From Chrysomallon squamiferum (taxonomy: Eukaryota > Animalia > Mollusca): a DNA stretch of 64,000 nt. Each line of letters starts with the position of its first letter. Position 1 is the stretch's first letter. This document shows, one piece after another, positions 13,927-27,416 of this stretch. The notes under the pieces are model-generated. The model did not search any database and was not told the DNA's origin. It worked only from the letters and a program-made list of their open reading frames with translations. The DNA lies in the NCBI GenBank assembly GCA_012295275.1, contig CM022673.1, positions 7,316,001 to 7,380,000 on the forward strand, written 5' to 3'. A program made the position numbers and the translations under genes.

Positions 13927-14281
13927 CAGTGGTACCTTGACCCACGAGTTTTCCGAGTTAAAAGCAGGCACCCGGTCGAATATTTGCTTTGAGTTGCGCG
14001 TCAAAATCCGAGTTACGAGAGAGCATCAGAGACGCCGCCGCTAGTTGGCGCAACGAACAACACAACATTCGCCCAGCATCCAACGTCTTATTCGTTTACT
14101 TCACGTTGTTACCTCGCCGCGAAATCATCTCTGTTGTGTTGTGCTCGCGTTTTGAGCTGTATTTTGCCAAATTTCTTTTTTTCTGATCATGGATCCTAAG
14201 ACAGTGAGAGCAAAGAAAAATTGATTTGGTATACGAGCAAATTGAGTTATCAGCTCGGTCACGGAACAAAATAAATTCGAA
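13927..14281. mobile_element. Tigger/pogo-like (Tc1-mariner superfamily) MITE, right TIR deleted
   Basis: Starts TA|CAGTGGTACCTTGACCCACGAG. Its 3' part is the reverse complement of 27084-27185, which retains the other TIR (TA|CAGTGGTACATTGACTTAAGAG). Confidence 0.7.
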
Positions 14282-14289
14282 CAAAAAAA

Positions 14290-15230
14290 AATGTATCTAA
14301 TCTCGAATATTCGATATAAATTTAAAATAAAATAAAAATAATTAAATATATATATATATTTGTTAAATTGTAATTTTTAAAAAAAACCTCTCATAAATAT
14401 TATTTAAGAAGAGTTTTTTTGTTGGCCCAAGTAACAACACATCTTCTTAACAACATCACAACAGCCGTTTACATTTTTTTCTCCTTATCGTTGACAACAA
14501 TATGATAAATTACAGTAATACTGTGTAACAAGTGCAACAGCCATTATATTAGAATCTTTCAAGCTGATGGATGGAGTAGAACACAACAATATGAAAATGA
14601 TGTTAGACCCTTCTTCACACAGTGTAAATGCTGGACGAAAAATATTAACCAAATAATTAAAATATACGTTGTCATAATCAGGAAAATTTCCTGAAGTTTA
14701 CAAATTGCTCTCTACCATGCAATTGTATTGTAAAATAGTCTGCTGTTAGTTAAAAGACAAAAATCGGGATAGCTTCCCCCAGTTGATGCAGTCACAAGTA
14801 CTGGTACAATGTCAGTCAGCACATTGCAGATGAAAGCGTGTACAGTAAAATAAAACATTTTTAAATATTCACATTCTCTAACAAAAATACATGACCATGG
14901 CCATACCTACACTGAGTCGAATGAAGCAAATACCTCACACTGAAATTGACGAATTTCTAAAAAAATGCAAAGATTTTATTTAAAAACTATAAAATATAAA
15001 TTTCTATTCCAATAAAAACGATATCCACTGAATGAAAGTGTTTATGTCTACGGTTCCCGTTTAAAGTCGGCCCCCCAGACCCCTCCCCCAAATTTGTTTG
15101 CCACGATTCGCTCGGCGATTAAGAGTTTTTGCCTCAATTCAAAAAGAGTGTAGTTAAGTTGATATAGTCATGTTTACTACTCTAAATGGTGTTGCGCATA
15201 TTTTAGATGAAAGACTAAGTGAAAAGATCT
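14290..15230. repeat. Inverted copy of the array spacer segment (unclassified repeat remnant with GGGGTCTGGGGGCCG motif)
   Basis: Reverse complement of 26190-27060 and 28215-29090; 14960-15230 also matches 43112-43390 in reverse complement. Confidence 0.8.
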
Positions 15231-15989
15231 TTGTCGATTGGATGTTACTGGATGACAACATTGGTCAGTGTGTATTAATATTGTTATCATGCACATTACC
15301 TTATGTACATCAACTGTACGACGACAACTACGATTACAGAACACGAGAAATGAAATTATATTAAAAACCATAATAACGACGATAGTCATTATTTGTAGCT
15401 GTCATCATCATCAGTACGAGTTTTACTACTACAACAACTATTACTATTGCTACTACTACTACCACCACCACTACTACTATTACTACTGCTACTACAGTTA
15501 TTATTATTGCTGCTGTAAATTAGTAGTATTATTGCTATTTCCGTTAGATACATAAGTATGTATTATGTATGTATGTATGTATGTACTTTTGTTTATGTTT
15601 ACATCTGCTTGCTACTGTATATCTCTGTGTGTGTATTTGTGTGTGTATGGATGTCTACAGCCCCTTTGAAATCTTGGTAAGACACGCCCACTTCAGATTT
15701 TAATTAAGAGCAATATCTGCAGCTGCTTATTAAATATTTTATAATCGGTACTGAATACAGACAGATACATATAACAAATTTAGAAAACAAGTCGATTTCA
15801 GTTAACTGCACTGATTTATCTTCATTAAAATATTAATATTTTGTGCTAAAGCATCCCTTTTAACTATTTTTGCAGTATTAATAATCTTTGTTAAATAATC
15901 CCCATAGAATCCAGTGACCATATCAACAGATACCTGGCCACCTTCGACCCCTACATACAGTTCGTCCTATTCTCTGGCCAACCTCTCCA

Positions 15990-16074
<85 letters not shown>

Positions 16075-16443
16075 AGTTTAATAAATACTAAATTGTTTAA
16101 GAAAATAAAGGCAACAGTGCATTAAATAATATATACCTTAAGAAAGAATGAAAGATGAAAGAACTGAAAAATTAATTTAAAACAAATAAATGAAACAAAA
16201 AACACAAAGAAAAACTGTTGTTGTAAATTTATTTACAGAAATCGAATGATTATATACACATTTTTTTCCCACAGGAAACGTATAACCCTTACTCAAATGT
16301 CATCGGATATGTTCGTAAAAACACGTCTTAGGTTGTGTTTTAGAAAAATCCATAGGGTTCGTTGAGAAAAACAAAACCGAATTCGTCCTGGAAATCACGA
16401 TCGCCTACGTTTTCAAAGAATTCGTTGTGTTAGAGGTTGTCAT

Positions 16444-16665
16444 CTACGTTTTCTGGACTTCCTGATCAGTTACCATCTGGAAGAAATCGCAGACTTCTTC
16501 TTCTTGTAAACTGTGACCAAATGGATCGCCTTGTGAAGCAGAAGCCAAATCTTTGTTATAGTAATAAATTTCTGTGTCTCGGAGAACACTTTGGAATATG
16601 TCCATGTCAAAAGCGCTATCATATTTCATTTGCCTTGTAGTACTTTTGTTGTGCTTCATCGTCAT
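16444..16665 (-). CDS. Overlapping ORF2, copy A (73 aa); also intact at 20386-20607 (B), 24315-24536 (C), 36084-36302 (E)
   Basis: ORF track. Differs from copies 0 and E by an in-frame 3-nt indel (QEEEV vs QEEV); disrupted in D and F. Confidence 0.3.
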   Translation of the reverse strand: MTMKHNKSTTRQMKYDSAFDMDIFQSVLRDTEIYYYNKDLASASQGDPFGHSLQEEEVCDFFQMVTDQEVQKT

Positions 16666-17322
16666 ATGCAGACAAAATCTCGTTCAAAAACGTATCAAAT
16701 TCTCTTGTGCATATCAGACCATTGTTAACGCTTATGTTGATGAAATCAAATGAATCTGTAAAATTAAGAAAAATGTCAAATGTATGTTAGATTAAATAGA
16801 TAAAATACATAATTAAAAACGGCTACTGTTAAATAAAATAGTACAGAGATAATTAAATATCTGATATTAAATTTAAAGTTATGGTAGTAGCAATAGTAGC
16901 AGGAGCAACAGCAGAAGAAGCAGCAGCAGAAGTAGTAGTGGTAACCATTATGTTAATACTAGTATCCGTATTTAATTCAAGAAATTGTAATAGTGGTAAA
17001 CAAAGTAATAGTCATTCAAGTACTACTAGATATACGAACAGCAGCAGAATTAGTAATTGTAGAAGCCGCAGTAATCGTAGTAAAAAATGTAGTAACAATG
17101 ATAGTAACAGTAGTTTTAATAGTAACAGGAATCAAACTTACCGATAAAATTTATAAGATCCTCTAGACCAGGTTGATCCTCTTCTTCCATATCAGGCATG
17201 TCTTTGTACTCGTCTGGGACTATGTTGTCTGTCTTATCAAATGACGGCATCGTGATAGCAGAGTGCGATTCATCCCAAGCTGGAAAGACCATATGATTCT
17301 TCAACAGCACTTCAGTCATCAT
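16619..17322 (-). CDS. Array gene copy A: unrecognised acidic protein, 105 aa, 2 exons
   Basis: Exon 1 17322-17142 (MMTEVLLKNHMVFPAWDESHSAITMPSFDKTDNIVPDEYKDMPDMEEEDQPGLEDLINFI); exon 2 16755-16619 (DSFDFINISVNNGLICTREFDTFLNEILSAYDDEAQQKYYKANEI*). GTAAGT donor, ttttacag acceptor, TATA box 57 nt upstream of the ATG. Confidence 0.65.
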
Positions 17323-17371
17323 CGTCAGAATTGAGCTTAATGTATAATACAATTTTGCAATGCGTGGTGTA

Positions 17372-17404
17372 TTTTTATACTACTTCGAGAAACGTGCGGA
17401 TTGG
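17372..17404 (-). promoter_or_regulatory. CCAAT box + TATA box core promoter of the array gene (repeated in B-F)
   Basis: Minus strand reads catCCAATccgcacgtttctcgaagtagTATAAAAAtacaccacgcatt; TATAAAAA at 17379-17372, CCAAT at 17404-17400. Deleted in copy 0; CCAAT changed to CCAAA in truncated copy G. Confidence 0.6.
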
Positions 17405-17999
17405 ATGTTTGCACTGTGTGACAGGTCTCATCAAGAAATAGTCATTACCATAAAAGGTAATAAGTTTTGCACTGAAAAATTGGTGAAGATAAAAAAAAAT
17501 AACATAATAATACAAAATAATAATAATAATAATATAAAATAAATGTTTTGTAAAACTTAATCGTTTCAGGATTGTTTTTTTGAAAATTTGACATAATGTA
17601 AGAAGAAGCGTTTGATTGTTGGCCCAAGTAATAATACCATTAGATGAATCACTGCAACACCACTGAATTGTTGATCAGACTGTCCCTAGTGACCTAAAAA
17701 ACATAATAATAATAATCATAAAAAAAAAAAAAAAAAAAAATTCCGGAAAATATTACAGTTAATGCAGTCGTAGTAGATTTCATTATATATAGAACATACC
17801 TGAAAGAAGTGTGCTTTTTTTTCTTCATTTTTTATTTTTGTTTGTTTTTTTTGTTTTGCACCCAGGCATCTATCTCGTTGTGTAAACACACCATAGAAAC
17901 ATAACAAATATATACATACGTATATATACACACAAACACACAAACGAATAGTAATACTAATCATAATAATAATAATAATAATAATAATATTCCTACTGA

Positions 18000-18145
18000 T
18001 CTTGATTTTGTACTTAAGACATGCACAGACATTTGGGAGTTATGTCCCTTGTGACGTAACTATGTCATCGCTCGTTTATTTTAGTCACGTCGTCAAACAC
18101 GTTACTATCAGTGGACCGTTAAGTAGTACAAATATCCATTAATTT
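18000..18145. promoter_or_regulatory. Conserved non-coding block with CRE/bZIP-type site GTGACGTAAC (candidate enhancer)
   Basis: GTGACGTAAC at 18051, 21980, 25463, 27537, 29551, 33801, 38137 and in reverse at 11896; mutated (TGACTTAAC) at ~42611 in the truncated unit. The block is well conserved even in the diverged inverted copy. Confidence 0.45.
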
Positions 18146-18283
18146 TTCCAGATATAAAACTGATTAAAAACTAAAAAATAAAACCATGAGGTGATCATAA
18201 CTGTACCCACTGATTGGGAACACAATAAAATGGGTTAACGTTTTCATAAGAATTTCAACAACAATGCTAAAACCGATTTAAAG

Positions 18284-18498
18284 CAATGGTTCTCGAAATT
18301 ACCTCGACCTTGAATACAGTTTTGGCCTGGTAAAATGAGGATACATATAATGTTGATTATCAGTTATATTCATGTAATATTTAAATTTATTAATTTATAT
18401 CATTCTCACAAATTTGCCTTTTGCCGAGACATCCAGCTGTCCTCGGGAAAAGCCTCGCCATCCTCAACTAGGTCGTGACCACAGGTTTATGAGTATTG
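18284..18498. mobile_element. hAT (Charlie-like) MITE co-amplified in nearly every unit
   Basis: Left end CAATGGTTCTCGAA (CAGTGGTTCTC at 25683), internal GGTCG(C/T)GACC motifs, 8-bp TSD ATTTAAAG/ATTCAAAG (1 mismatch, central TA). Other copies start at ~22214, 25683, ~27771, ~29785, ~34016, ~38352; partial at ~42770. Confidence 0.7.
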
Positions 18499-19268
18499 AT
18501 TCAAAGTGTATATTTTATTTTATACTTCGAACAATTATTCTAGATCAGATGTGAGCAACCTTTCTGAAAAAAGAGGACCTCTGAAGAAATGACTCATCAT
18601 CATGCGGACTGCCCTATTAAAAAAACAAATTATAAAAATTAAAAAATTAATAAAAAAAATAAATAAAAATAAAGAATTTTACGTTACAAGATTTTAATAT
18701 AGTCGTTGTAGCTTTGGTTACTTATATACTGAATTTATATTTTGTTGTAAGTGACACTGAGAACAACATTATACCACCAAGGCCGTAGGTAGACTCTTTT
18801 TGAAAAGACGTAAAAACACTTAAACGCCGAGAGGATCGTGGCAAATAAATTTGTGGGAGGGGCCTGGGGCCCGACTTCAGACGGGTAACAGTAGACATAA
18901 ACAATTTCATTCAGTAGATATCGATTTTATCGGAATAGATATTTATATTTTATAGTTTTTAAATAAAATCTTTCTATTTAAAAAAAAAAAGAAACTATTA
19001 TTATTTTTTTTTTTTTTTTATATTCAACTTTTTCAGTATGAGGTGTTTGTTCCATTTGCCTGAATGTAGATACGGCCATAGTCATGTATTTTTGTTAGAG
19101 AATGTGAATATTTAAAATGTTTCATTTAACTGTACACTCTTTCATGTGCAATATGCTGACTGGCATTTTACCAGTACTTGTGACTGCATTAACTAGAAGA
19201 AGCTTTCCGGATTTTTGTCTTTTAACTAACAGCAAACTATTTTACAATAGTTGCTTGGTAGAAAAGCA

Positions 19269-19317
<49 letters not shown>

Positions 19318-20560
19318 TGTATGTATGTATGTATGTATATGTAAATAGTTTTAGTTATAGTTAAATATATGAATATGTATCTGTATATGTATATATATAT
19401 ATATATCTGTCTGTGTATATATAGATATAGATATAGATATACATATAGTTTTAGTTATAGATACAGTTATAGTTATTTCATTTAACTGTATCATTTATAT
19501 TCGTTAAAATATTAATATTAAGTGGTAAAGATTCCCATATAACTGTTTTTGTTGTATTAATAATCTTTATTAAACAATCCCCATAGAACCAGTGACCCTA
19601 CCAACAGACCCCTGGAAACGTTGGACTCCTACATACTGTTCCTCCTATTCTCTGTCCCACCTCTCCATATATAAATACATATATATATATTTGTGTGTGC
19701 GTGTGTGTGTGTGTCTGTGTGTGTATATATGTATATTGTTGTATATTTGTGTGTATAATGTATATATATGTTTCTCTATAATCCAGATATATATGTGTAT
19801 GTATGCGCATGTAATACAATATTATGAATGGTTCTTTTAGATACCGTTAAATAGCAACCAATACCTTTGTTGAAGAAAGTAACATTTTAGTAAGATCTAA
19901 AGAAGCAAAAGATTACATAATGTTTTGGATACTCTCAACCTGCTTAAAACATTTAAACAAGTAATTTTATTAACAGAATAAAAATTAGCAAAGTATTATC
20001 GAGTGGTTTATAATTATTTTAAGAAAATAAGGGCAACAGAAAAATAAATAATATATGCATTAAGAACGAAGGCTACAAAGAAAGAATGAAATATGAAAGA
20101 AGTGAAAAATTAATTTGAAGAAAAAGGAATGAAACAAAAAACACAAAGAAAAACTGTTGTTGTAAATTTATTTACATAAACCGAATCATATAAATACACA
20201 TATTTTTTTTTTCTTGTATTATTATTATTATTTTTTACATGACACCTATAACACTTACTCAAACGTCATCGGATATGTTCGTAAAAACACGTGTTAGATT
20301 GCGTTCTAGAAACATCCATAGGGTTCGTTATGGAAATCACGATGGCCTACGTTTTCAAAGAATTCGCTGTGTTAGCTGTTGTCAGCTACGTTTTCTGGAC
20401 TTCCTGATCAGTTACCATCTGGAACAGATCGCAGACTTCTTCTTCTTGTAAACTGTGACCAAATGGATCGCCTTGTGAAGCAGAAGCCAAATCTTTGTTA
20501 TAGTAATAAATTTCTGTGTCTCGGAGAACACTTTGGAATATCTCCATGTCAAAAGCGCTA

Positions 20561-21249
20561 TCATATTTCATTTGCCTTGTAGTACTTTTGTTGTGCTTCA
20601 TCGTCATATGCAGACAAAATCTCGTTCAAAAACGTATCAAATTCTCTTGTGTATATCAGACCATTGTTAACGCTTATGTTGATGAAATCAAATGAATCTG
20701 TAAAATTAAGAAAAATGTCAAATGTATGTTAGATTAAATAGATAAAATACATAATTAAAAACGGCTACTGTTAAATAAAATAGTACAGAGATAATTAAAT
20801 ATCTGATATTAAATTTAAAGTTATGGTAGTAGCAATAGTAGCAGGAGCAACAGCAGAAGTAGTAGTGGTAACCATTATGTTAATACTAGTATCCGTATTT
20901 AATTCAAGAAATTGTAATAGTGGTAAACAAAGTAATAGTCATTCAAGTACTACTAGATATACGAACAGCAGCAGAATTAGTAATTGTAGAAGCCGCAGTA
21001 ATTGTACTAAAAAATGTAGTAACAATGATAGTAACAGTAGTTTTACTAGTAACAGGAATCAAACTTACCGATAAAATTTATAAGATCGTCTAGACCTGGT
21101 TGATCCTCTTCTTCCATATCAGGCATGTCTTTGTACTCGTCTGGGACTATGTTGTCTGTCTTATCAAATGACGGCATCGTGACAGCAGAGTGCGATTCAT
21201 CCCAAGCTGGAAAGACCATATGATTCTTCAACAGCACTTCAGTCATCAT
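20561..21249 (-). CDS. Array gene copy B (105 aa)
   Basis: Exon 1 21249-21069, exon 2 20697-20561; frame and splice sites intact. Confidence 0.65.
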
Positions 21250-21643
21250 CGTCAGAGTTGAGCTTAATGTATAATACAATTTTGCAATGCGTGGTGTATT
21301 TTTATACTACTTCGAGAAACGTGCGGATTGGATGTTTGCACTGTGTGACAGGTCTCATCAAGAAATAGTCATTACCATAAAAGGTAATACGTTTTGCACT
21401 GAAAAATTGGTGAAGATAAAAAAAAATAACATAATAATACAAAATAATAATAATAATAATATAAAATAAATGTTTTGTAAAAATTAATCGTTTCAGGATT
21501 GTTTTTTTGAAAATTTGACATAATATAAGAAGAAGCGTTTGATTGTTGGCCCAAGTAATAATACCATTAGATGAATCACTGCAACACCACTGAATTGTTG
21601 ATCAGACTGTCCCTAGTGACCTAAAAAACATAATAATAATAAT

Positions 21644-21676
<33 letters not shown>

Positions 21677-23199
21677 CCGGAAAATATTGCAGTTAATGCA
21701 GTCGTAGTAGATTTCATTATATATAGAACATACCTGAAAGAAGTGTGCTTTTTTCTTCATTTTTTTATTTTTGTTTGTTTTTTTGTTTTGCACCCAGGCA
21801 TCTATCTCGTTGTGTAAACACACCATAGAAACATAACAAATATATACATACGTATATATACACACAAACACACAAACGAATAGTAATACTAATCATAATA
21901 ATAATAATAATAATAATATTCCTACTGATCTTGATTTTGTACTTAAGACATGCACAGACATTTGGGAGTTATGTCCCTTGTGACGTAACTATGTCATCGC
22001 TCGTTTATTTTAGTCACGTCGTCAAACACGTTACTATCAGTGGACCGTTAAGTAGTACAAATATCCATTAATTTTTCCAGATATAAAACTGATTAAAATA
22101 CTAAAAGTAAAACCATGAGGTGATCATAACTGTACCCACTGATTGGGGAACACAATAAAATCGGTTAACGTCTTCATAAGAATTTCGACAACGGTGCTAA
22201 AACCGATTTAAAGCAATGGTTCTCGAACTTACCTCGACCTTGAATACAGTTTTGGCCTGGTAAAATGAGGATACATGTAATGTTGATTATCAGTTATATT
22301 CATGTAATATTTAAATTTATTAATTTATATCATTCTCACAAATTTGCCTTTTTGCCGAGACATCCAGCTGTCCTCGGGAAAAGCCTCGCCATCCTCAACT
22401 AGGTCGTGACCACAGGTTTATGAGTATTGATTCAAAGTGTATATTTTATTTTATACTTCGAACAATTATTCTAGATCAGATGTGAGCAACCTTTCCTGAA
22501 AAAGAGGAGCGCTTAAGACATGACTCACCATCAGGCGGACTGCTCTATTAAAAAACAAATTATAAAAATTAAAAAAATTAATAAAAAAATAAATAAAAAT
22601 AAAGAGCTTTACGTTACAAGATTTTAATATAGTCGTTGTAGCTTTGGTTACTTATATACTGAATTTATATTTTGTTGTAAGTGACACTGAGAACAACATT
22701 ATACCACCAAGGCCGTAGGTAGACTCTTTTTGAAAAGACGTAAAAACACTTAAACGCCGAGAGGATCGTGGCAAATAAATTTGTGGGAGGGGCCTGGGGC
22801 CCGACTTCAGACGGGAACAGTAGACATAAACAATTTCATTCAGTAGATATCGATTTTATCGCAGTAGATATTTATATTTTATAGTTTTTAAATAAAATCT
22901 TTCTATTTAAAAAAAAAGACTATTATTATTATTATTTTTTTTTTTTTTTTATATTCAACTTTTTCAGTATGAGGTGTTTGTTCCATTTGCCTGAATGTAG
23001 ATACGGCCATAGTCATGTATTTTTGTTAGAGAATGTGAATATTTAAAAATGTTTCATTTAACTGTACACTCTTTCATGTGCAATATGCTGACTGGCATTT
23101 TACCAGTACTTGTGACTGCATTAACTAGAAGAAGCTTTCCGGATTTTTGTCTTTTAACTAACAGCAAACTATTTTACAATAGTTGCTTGGTAGAGAGCA

Positions 23200-23248
<49 letters not shown>

Positions 23249-24489
23249 TGTATGTATGTATGTATATGTAAATAGTTTTAGTTATAGTTAAATATATGAA
23301 TATGTATCTGTATATGTATATATATATATATATCTGTCTGTGTATATATAGATATAGATATAGATATACATATAGTTTTAGTTATAGATACAGTTATAGT
23401 TATTTCATTTAACTGTATCATTTATATTCGTTAAAATATTAATATTAAGTGGTAAAGATTCCCATATAACTGTTTTTGTTGTATTAATAATCTTTATTAA
23501 ACAATCCCCATAGAACCAGTGACCCTACCAACAGACCCCTGGAAACGTTGGACTCCTACATACTGTTCCTCCTATTCTCTGTCCCACCTCTCCATATATA
23601 AATACATATATATATATTTGTGTGTGCGTGTGTGTGTGTGTCTGTGTGTGTATATATGTATATTGTTGTATATTTGTGTGTATAATGTATATATATGTTT
23701 CTCTATAATCCAGATATATATGTGTATGTATGCGCATGTATAATACAATATTATGAATGGTTCTTTTAGATACCGTTAAATAGCAACCAATACCTTTGTT
23801 GAAGAAAGTAACATTTTAGTAAGATCTAAAGAAGCAAAAGATTACATAATGTTTTGGATACTCTCAACCTGCTTAAAACATTTAAACAAGTAATTTTATT
23901 AACAGAATAAAAATTAGCAAAGTATTATCGAGTGGTTTATAATTATTTTAAGAAAATAAGGGCAACAGAAAAATAAATAATATATGCATTAAGAACGAAG
24001 GCTACAAAGAAAGAATGAAATATGAAAGAAGTGAAAAATTAATTTGAAGAAAAAGGAATGAAACAAAAAACACAAAGAAAAACTGTTGTTGTAAATTTAT
24101 TTACATAAACCGAATCATATAAATACACATATTTTTTTTTTCTTGTATTATTATTATTATTTTTTACATGACACCTATAACACTTACTCAAACGTCATCG
24201 GATATGTTCGTAAAAACACGTGTTAGATTGCGTTCTAGAAACATCCATAGGGTTCGTTATGGAAATCACGATGGCCTACGTTTTCAAAGAATTCGCTGTG
24301 TTAGCTGTTGTCAGCTACGTTTTCTGGACTTCCTGATCAGTTACCATCTGGAACAGATCGCAGACTTCTTCTTCTTGTAAACTGTGACCAAATGGATCGC
24401 CTTGTGAAGCAGAAGCCAAATCTTTGTTATAGTAATAAATGTCTGTGTCTCGGAGAACACTTTGGAATATCTCCATGTCAAAAGCGCTA

Positions 24490-25178
24490 TCATATTTCAT
24501 TTGCCTTGTAGTACTTTTGTTGTGCTTCATCGTCATATGCAGACAAAATCTCGTTCAAAAACGTATCAAATTCTCTTGTGCATATCAGACCATTGTTAAC
24601 GCTTATGTTGATGAAATCAAATGAATCTGTAAAATTAAGAAAAATGTCAAATGTATGTTAGATTAAATAGATAAAATACATAATTAAAAACGGCTACTGT
24701 TAAATAAAATAGTACAGAGATAATTAAATATCTGATATTAAATTTAAAGTTATGGTAGTAGCAACAGCAGAAGAAGCAGCAGCAGAAGTAGTAGTGGTAA
24801 CCATTATGTTAATACTAGTATCCGTATTTAATTCAAGAAATTGTAATAGTGGTAAACAAAGTAATAGTCATTCAAGTACTACTAGATATACGAACAGCAG
24901 CAGAATTAGTAATTGTAGAAGCCGCAGTAATCGTAGTAAAAAATGTAGTAACAATGATAGTAACAGTAGTTTTAATAGTAACAGGAATCAAACTTACCGA
25001 TAAAATTTATAAGATCCTCTAGACCAGGTTGATCCTCTTCTTCCATATCAGGCATGTTTTTGTAGTCGTCTGGGACTATGTTGTCTGTCTTATCAAATGA
25101 CGGCATCGTGATAGCAGAGTGCGATTCATCCCAAGCTGGAAAGACCATATGATTCTTCAACAGCACTTCAGTCATCAT
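24490..25178 (-). CDS. Array gene copy C (105 aa)
   Basis: Exon 1 25178-24998, exon 2 24626-24490; frame and splice sites intact. Confidence 0.65.
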
Positions 25179-25370
25179 CGTCAGAGTTGAGCTTAATGTA
25201 TAATACAATTTTGCAATGCGTGGTGTATTTTTATACTACTTCGAGAAATCTGCGGATTGGATGTTTCCACTTCTATCTCGTTGTGTAAACACACCATAGA
25301 AACATAACAAATATATACATACGTATACATACACACAAACACACAAACGAATAGTAATACTACTACTACC

Positions 25371-25399
<29 letters not shown>

Positions 25400-25401
<2 letters not shown>

Positions 25402-27385
25402 TTCCTCCCGATCTTGATTTTGAACTTAAGACATGCACAGACATTTGGGAGTTATGTCCCTTGTGACGTAACTATGTCATCGCTTGTTTATTTTAGTCAC
25501 GTCGTCAAACACGTTACTATCAGTGGACCATTAAGTAGTACAAATATCCATTAATTTGTCCAGATATAAAACTGATTAAAACCATAACGTGATCATAACT
25601 GTACCCACTGATTGGTGAACACAATAAGATGGTGTTATATTTTCATAAGAATTTCGACAACAGTGCTAAAACCGATTTAAAGCAGTGGTTCTCCAAATTA
25701 TTACTACCCTGAATACAGTTTTGGCTTGGTAAAATCAGGATTCATATAATGTTGATTCTCAGTCATATTGATGTAATATTTAAATTTATTAATTTATATC
25801 ATTATCACAAATTTCCCTTTATACCGAGACATCCAGCGGTCCTCGGGAAAAGCCTCGCGATCCTCAACTAGGTCGCGACCACAGGTTTACGAGTATTAAT
25901 TCAAAGTGTATTTTTTATTTTATTCTTCGAACAAGTAATCTAGATCAGATGTGGGCAACCTTTCCTAAAAAAGAGGACCTCTGTAAGAAATGACTCATCA
26001 TCATGCGGACTGCACTTTTGAAAAACAAATTAATAAAAATTAAAAAAATTAATAAAAAAATAAATAAATATAAAGAATTTTACGTTACAAGATTTTAGTA
26101 TAGTCGTTGTAGCTTTGGTTACTTATATACACATTTTTTATTTTGTCGTAAGTGATACTGAGAACAACATTATACCACCAAGGCCATAGGTAGACTCTTT
26201 TTGAAAAGACGTAAAAACACTTAATCGACGATCGGATCGCGGCAAAAAAATGTGTGGGAGGGGTCTGGGGGCCGACTTCAAACGGTAACCGTACACATAA
26301 ACAATTTCATTCAGTAGATGTCGGAATAGATATTTATATTTTCTATTTTTTAAATAAAATCTTTGTATTAAAAAACAGAAACTATTATTATTTTTTTTTT
26401 CTTAAATCGACATTTTCAGTATGAGGTATTTGTTCCATTTGCCTCAATGTAGATAACGCCATGGTCATGTATTTTTATTAGAGAATGTGAATATTTGAAA
26501 ATGTTTCATTTAACTGTTCACTCTCTCGTGTGCAATATGGTGACTGGCATTTTACCAGTAGTTGTGACTGCATCAACTAGAGGAAGCTTTCCCGATTTTT
26601 GTCTTTTAACTAACAGCAAACTATTTTACAGTACAATTGCATGGTAGAGAGCAGTTTGGAAACTTCAGGAAATTTACCTGATTATGACAACGGTTGGTTA
26701 ATATTTTTCGTCCAGCATTTACCCTGTGTGAAGAAGGGTCTAACATCATTTTTATATTGTTGTTTTGTATTCCATCTTTCAAATTGAAAGATTCAAATAT
26801 AATGGATGTTGCACAGGTTACACAATATTACTGTAGTTTATCATATTGTTGTCAACGATAACGAGAAAAAAAATGCAAACAGCTGTTGTGATGTTGTTAA
26901 GAAGATGTGTTGTTACTTGGGCCAACAAAAGAAGCTCTTCTTAAATGATTTTTAATGAGAGTTTTATTGAAACATTACTGTAACGATTACAATTTAACTA
27001 ATATATATTAATGTATTACTTTTTTATTTTAAATTTATATCGAATATTTGAGATCAGGTTTCTGTGAATATCACAGTGATATACAGTGGTACATTGACTT
27101 AAGAGTTTATTTAGTTCCGTGACCGAGATCATAACTCAATTTCCTCATATACCAAATCAGTTTTAACAAATGAAATTAACTGACATACTATTAAGACGTC
27201 CCAGCCCACCAAAAACCACCACAATTTATTATTATTATATATATTTATGTGAAATTGTGTATTAGCTTCTGTGTGTATGTATGTAGGTAGGTAGGTAGGT
27301 AGGCAGGTAGTTATACATATATATATATATATATCTGTCTCGTTGTCTAATACACACACCACAGTAACATTACACATACATAAAA

Positions 27386-27416
<31 letters not shown>

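Noticed and set aside
16437-16640. Recurrent antisense ORF MS(S/A)TFSGLPDQLPSG... in most units
   Set aside because: TTG start, exact antisense shadow of ORF2, and no promoter or splice support on that strand; recurrence only reflects the duplication.
16881-17147. Recurrent plus-strand ORF MVVAIVAGATAE...
   Set aside because: Antisense to the low-complexity (AGT/AGC-rich) intron; length varies and it is absent from D-F.
26560-26950. Coding-looking spacer segment as a transposase or extra exon (also 14420-14850 reversed, 28600-28960)
   Set aside because: Stops and frameshifting indels differ between copies and I recognise no transposase motif; kept only as an unclassified repeat.
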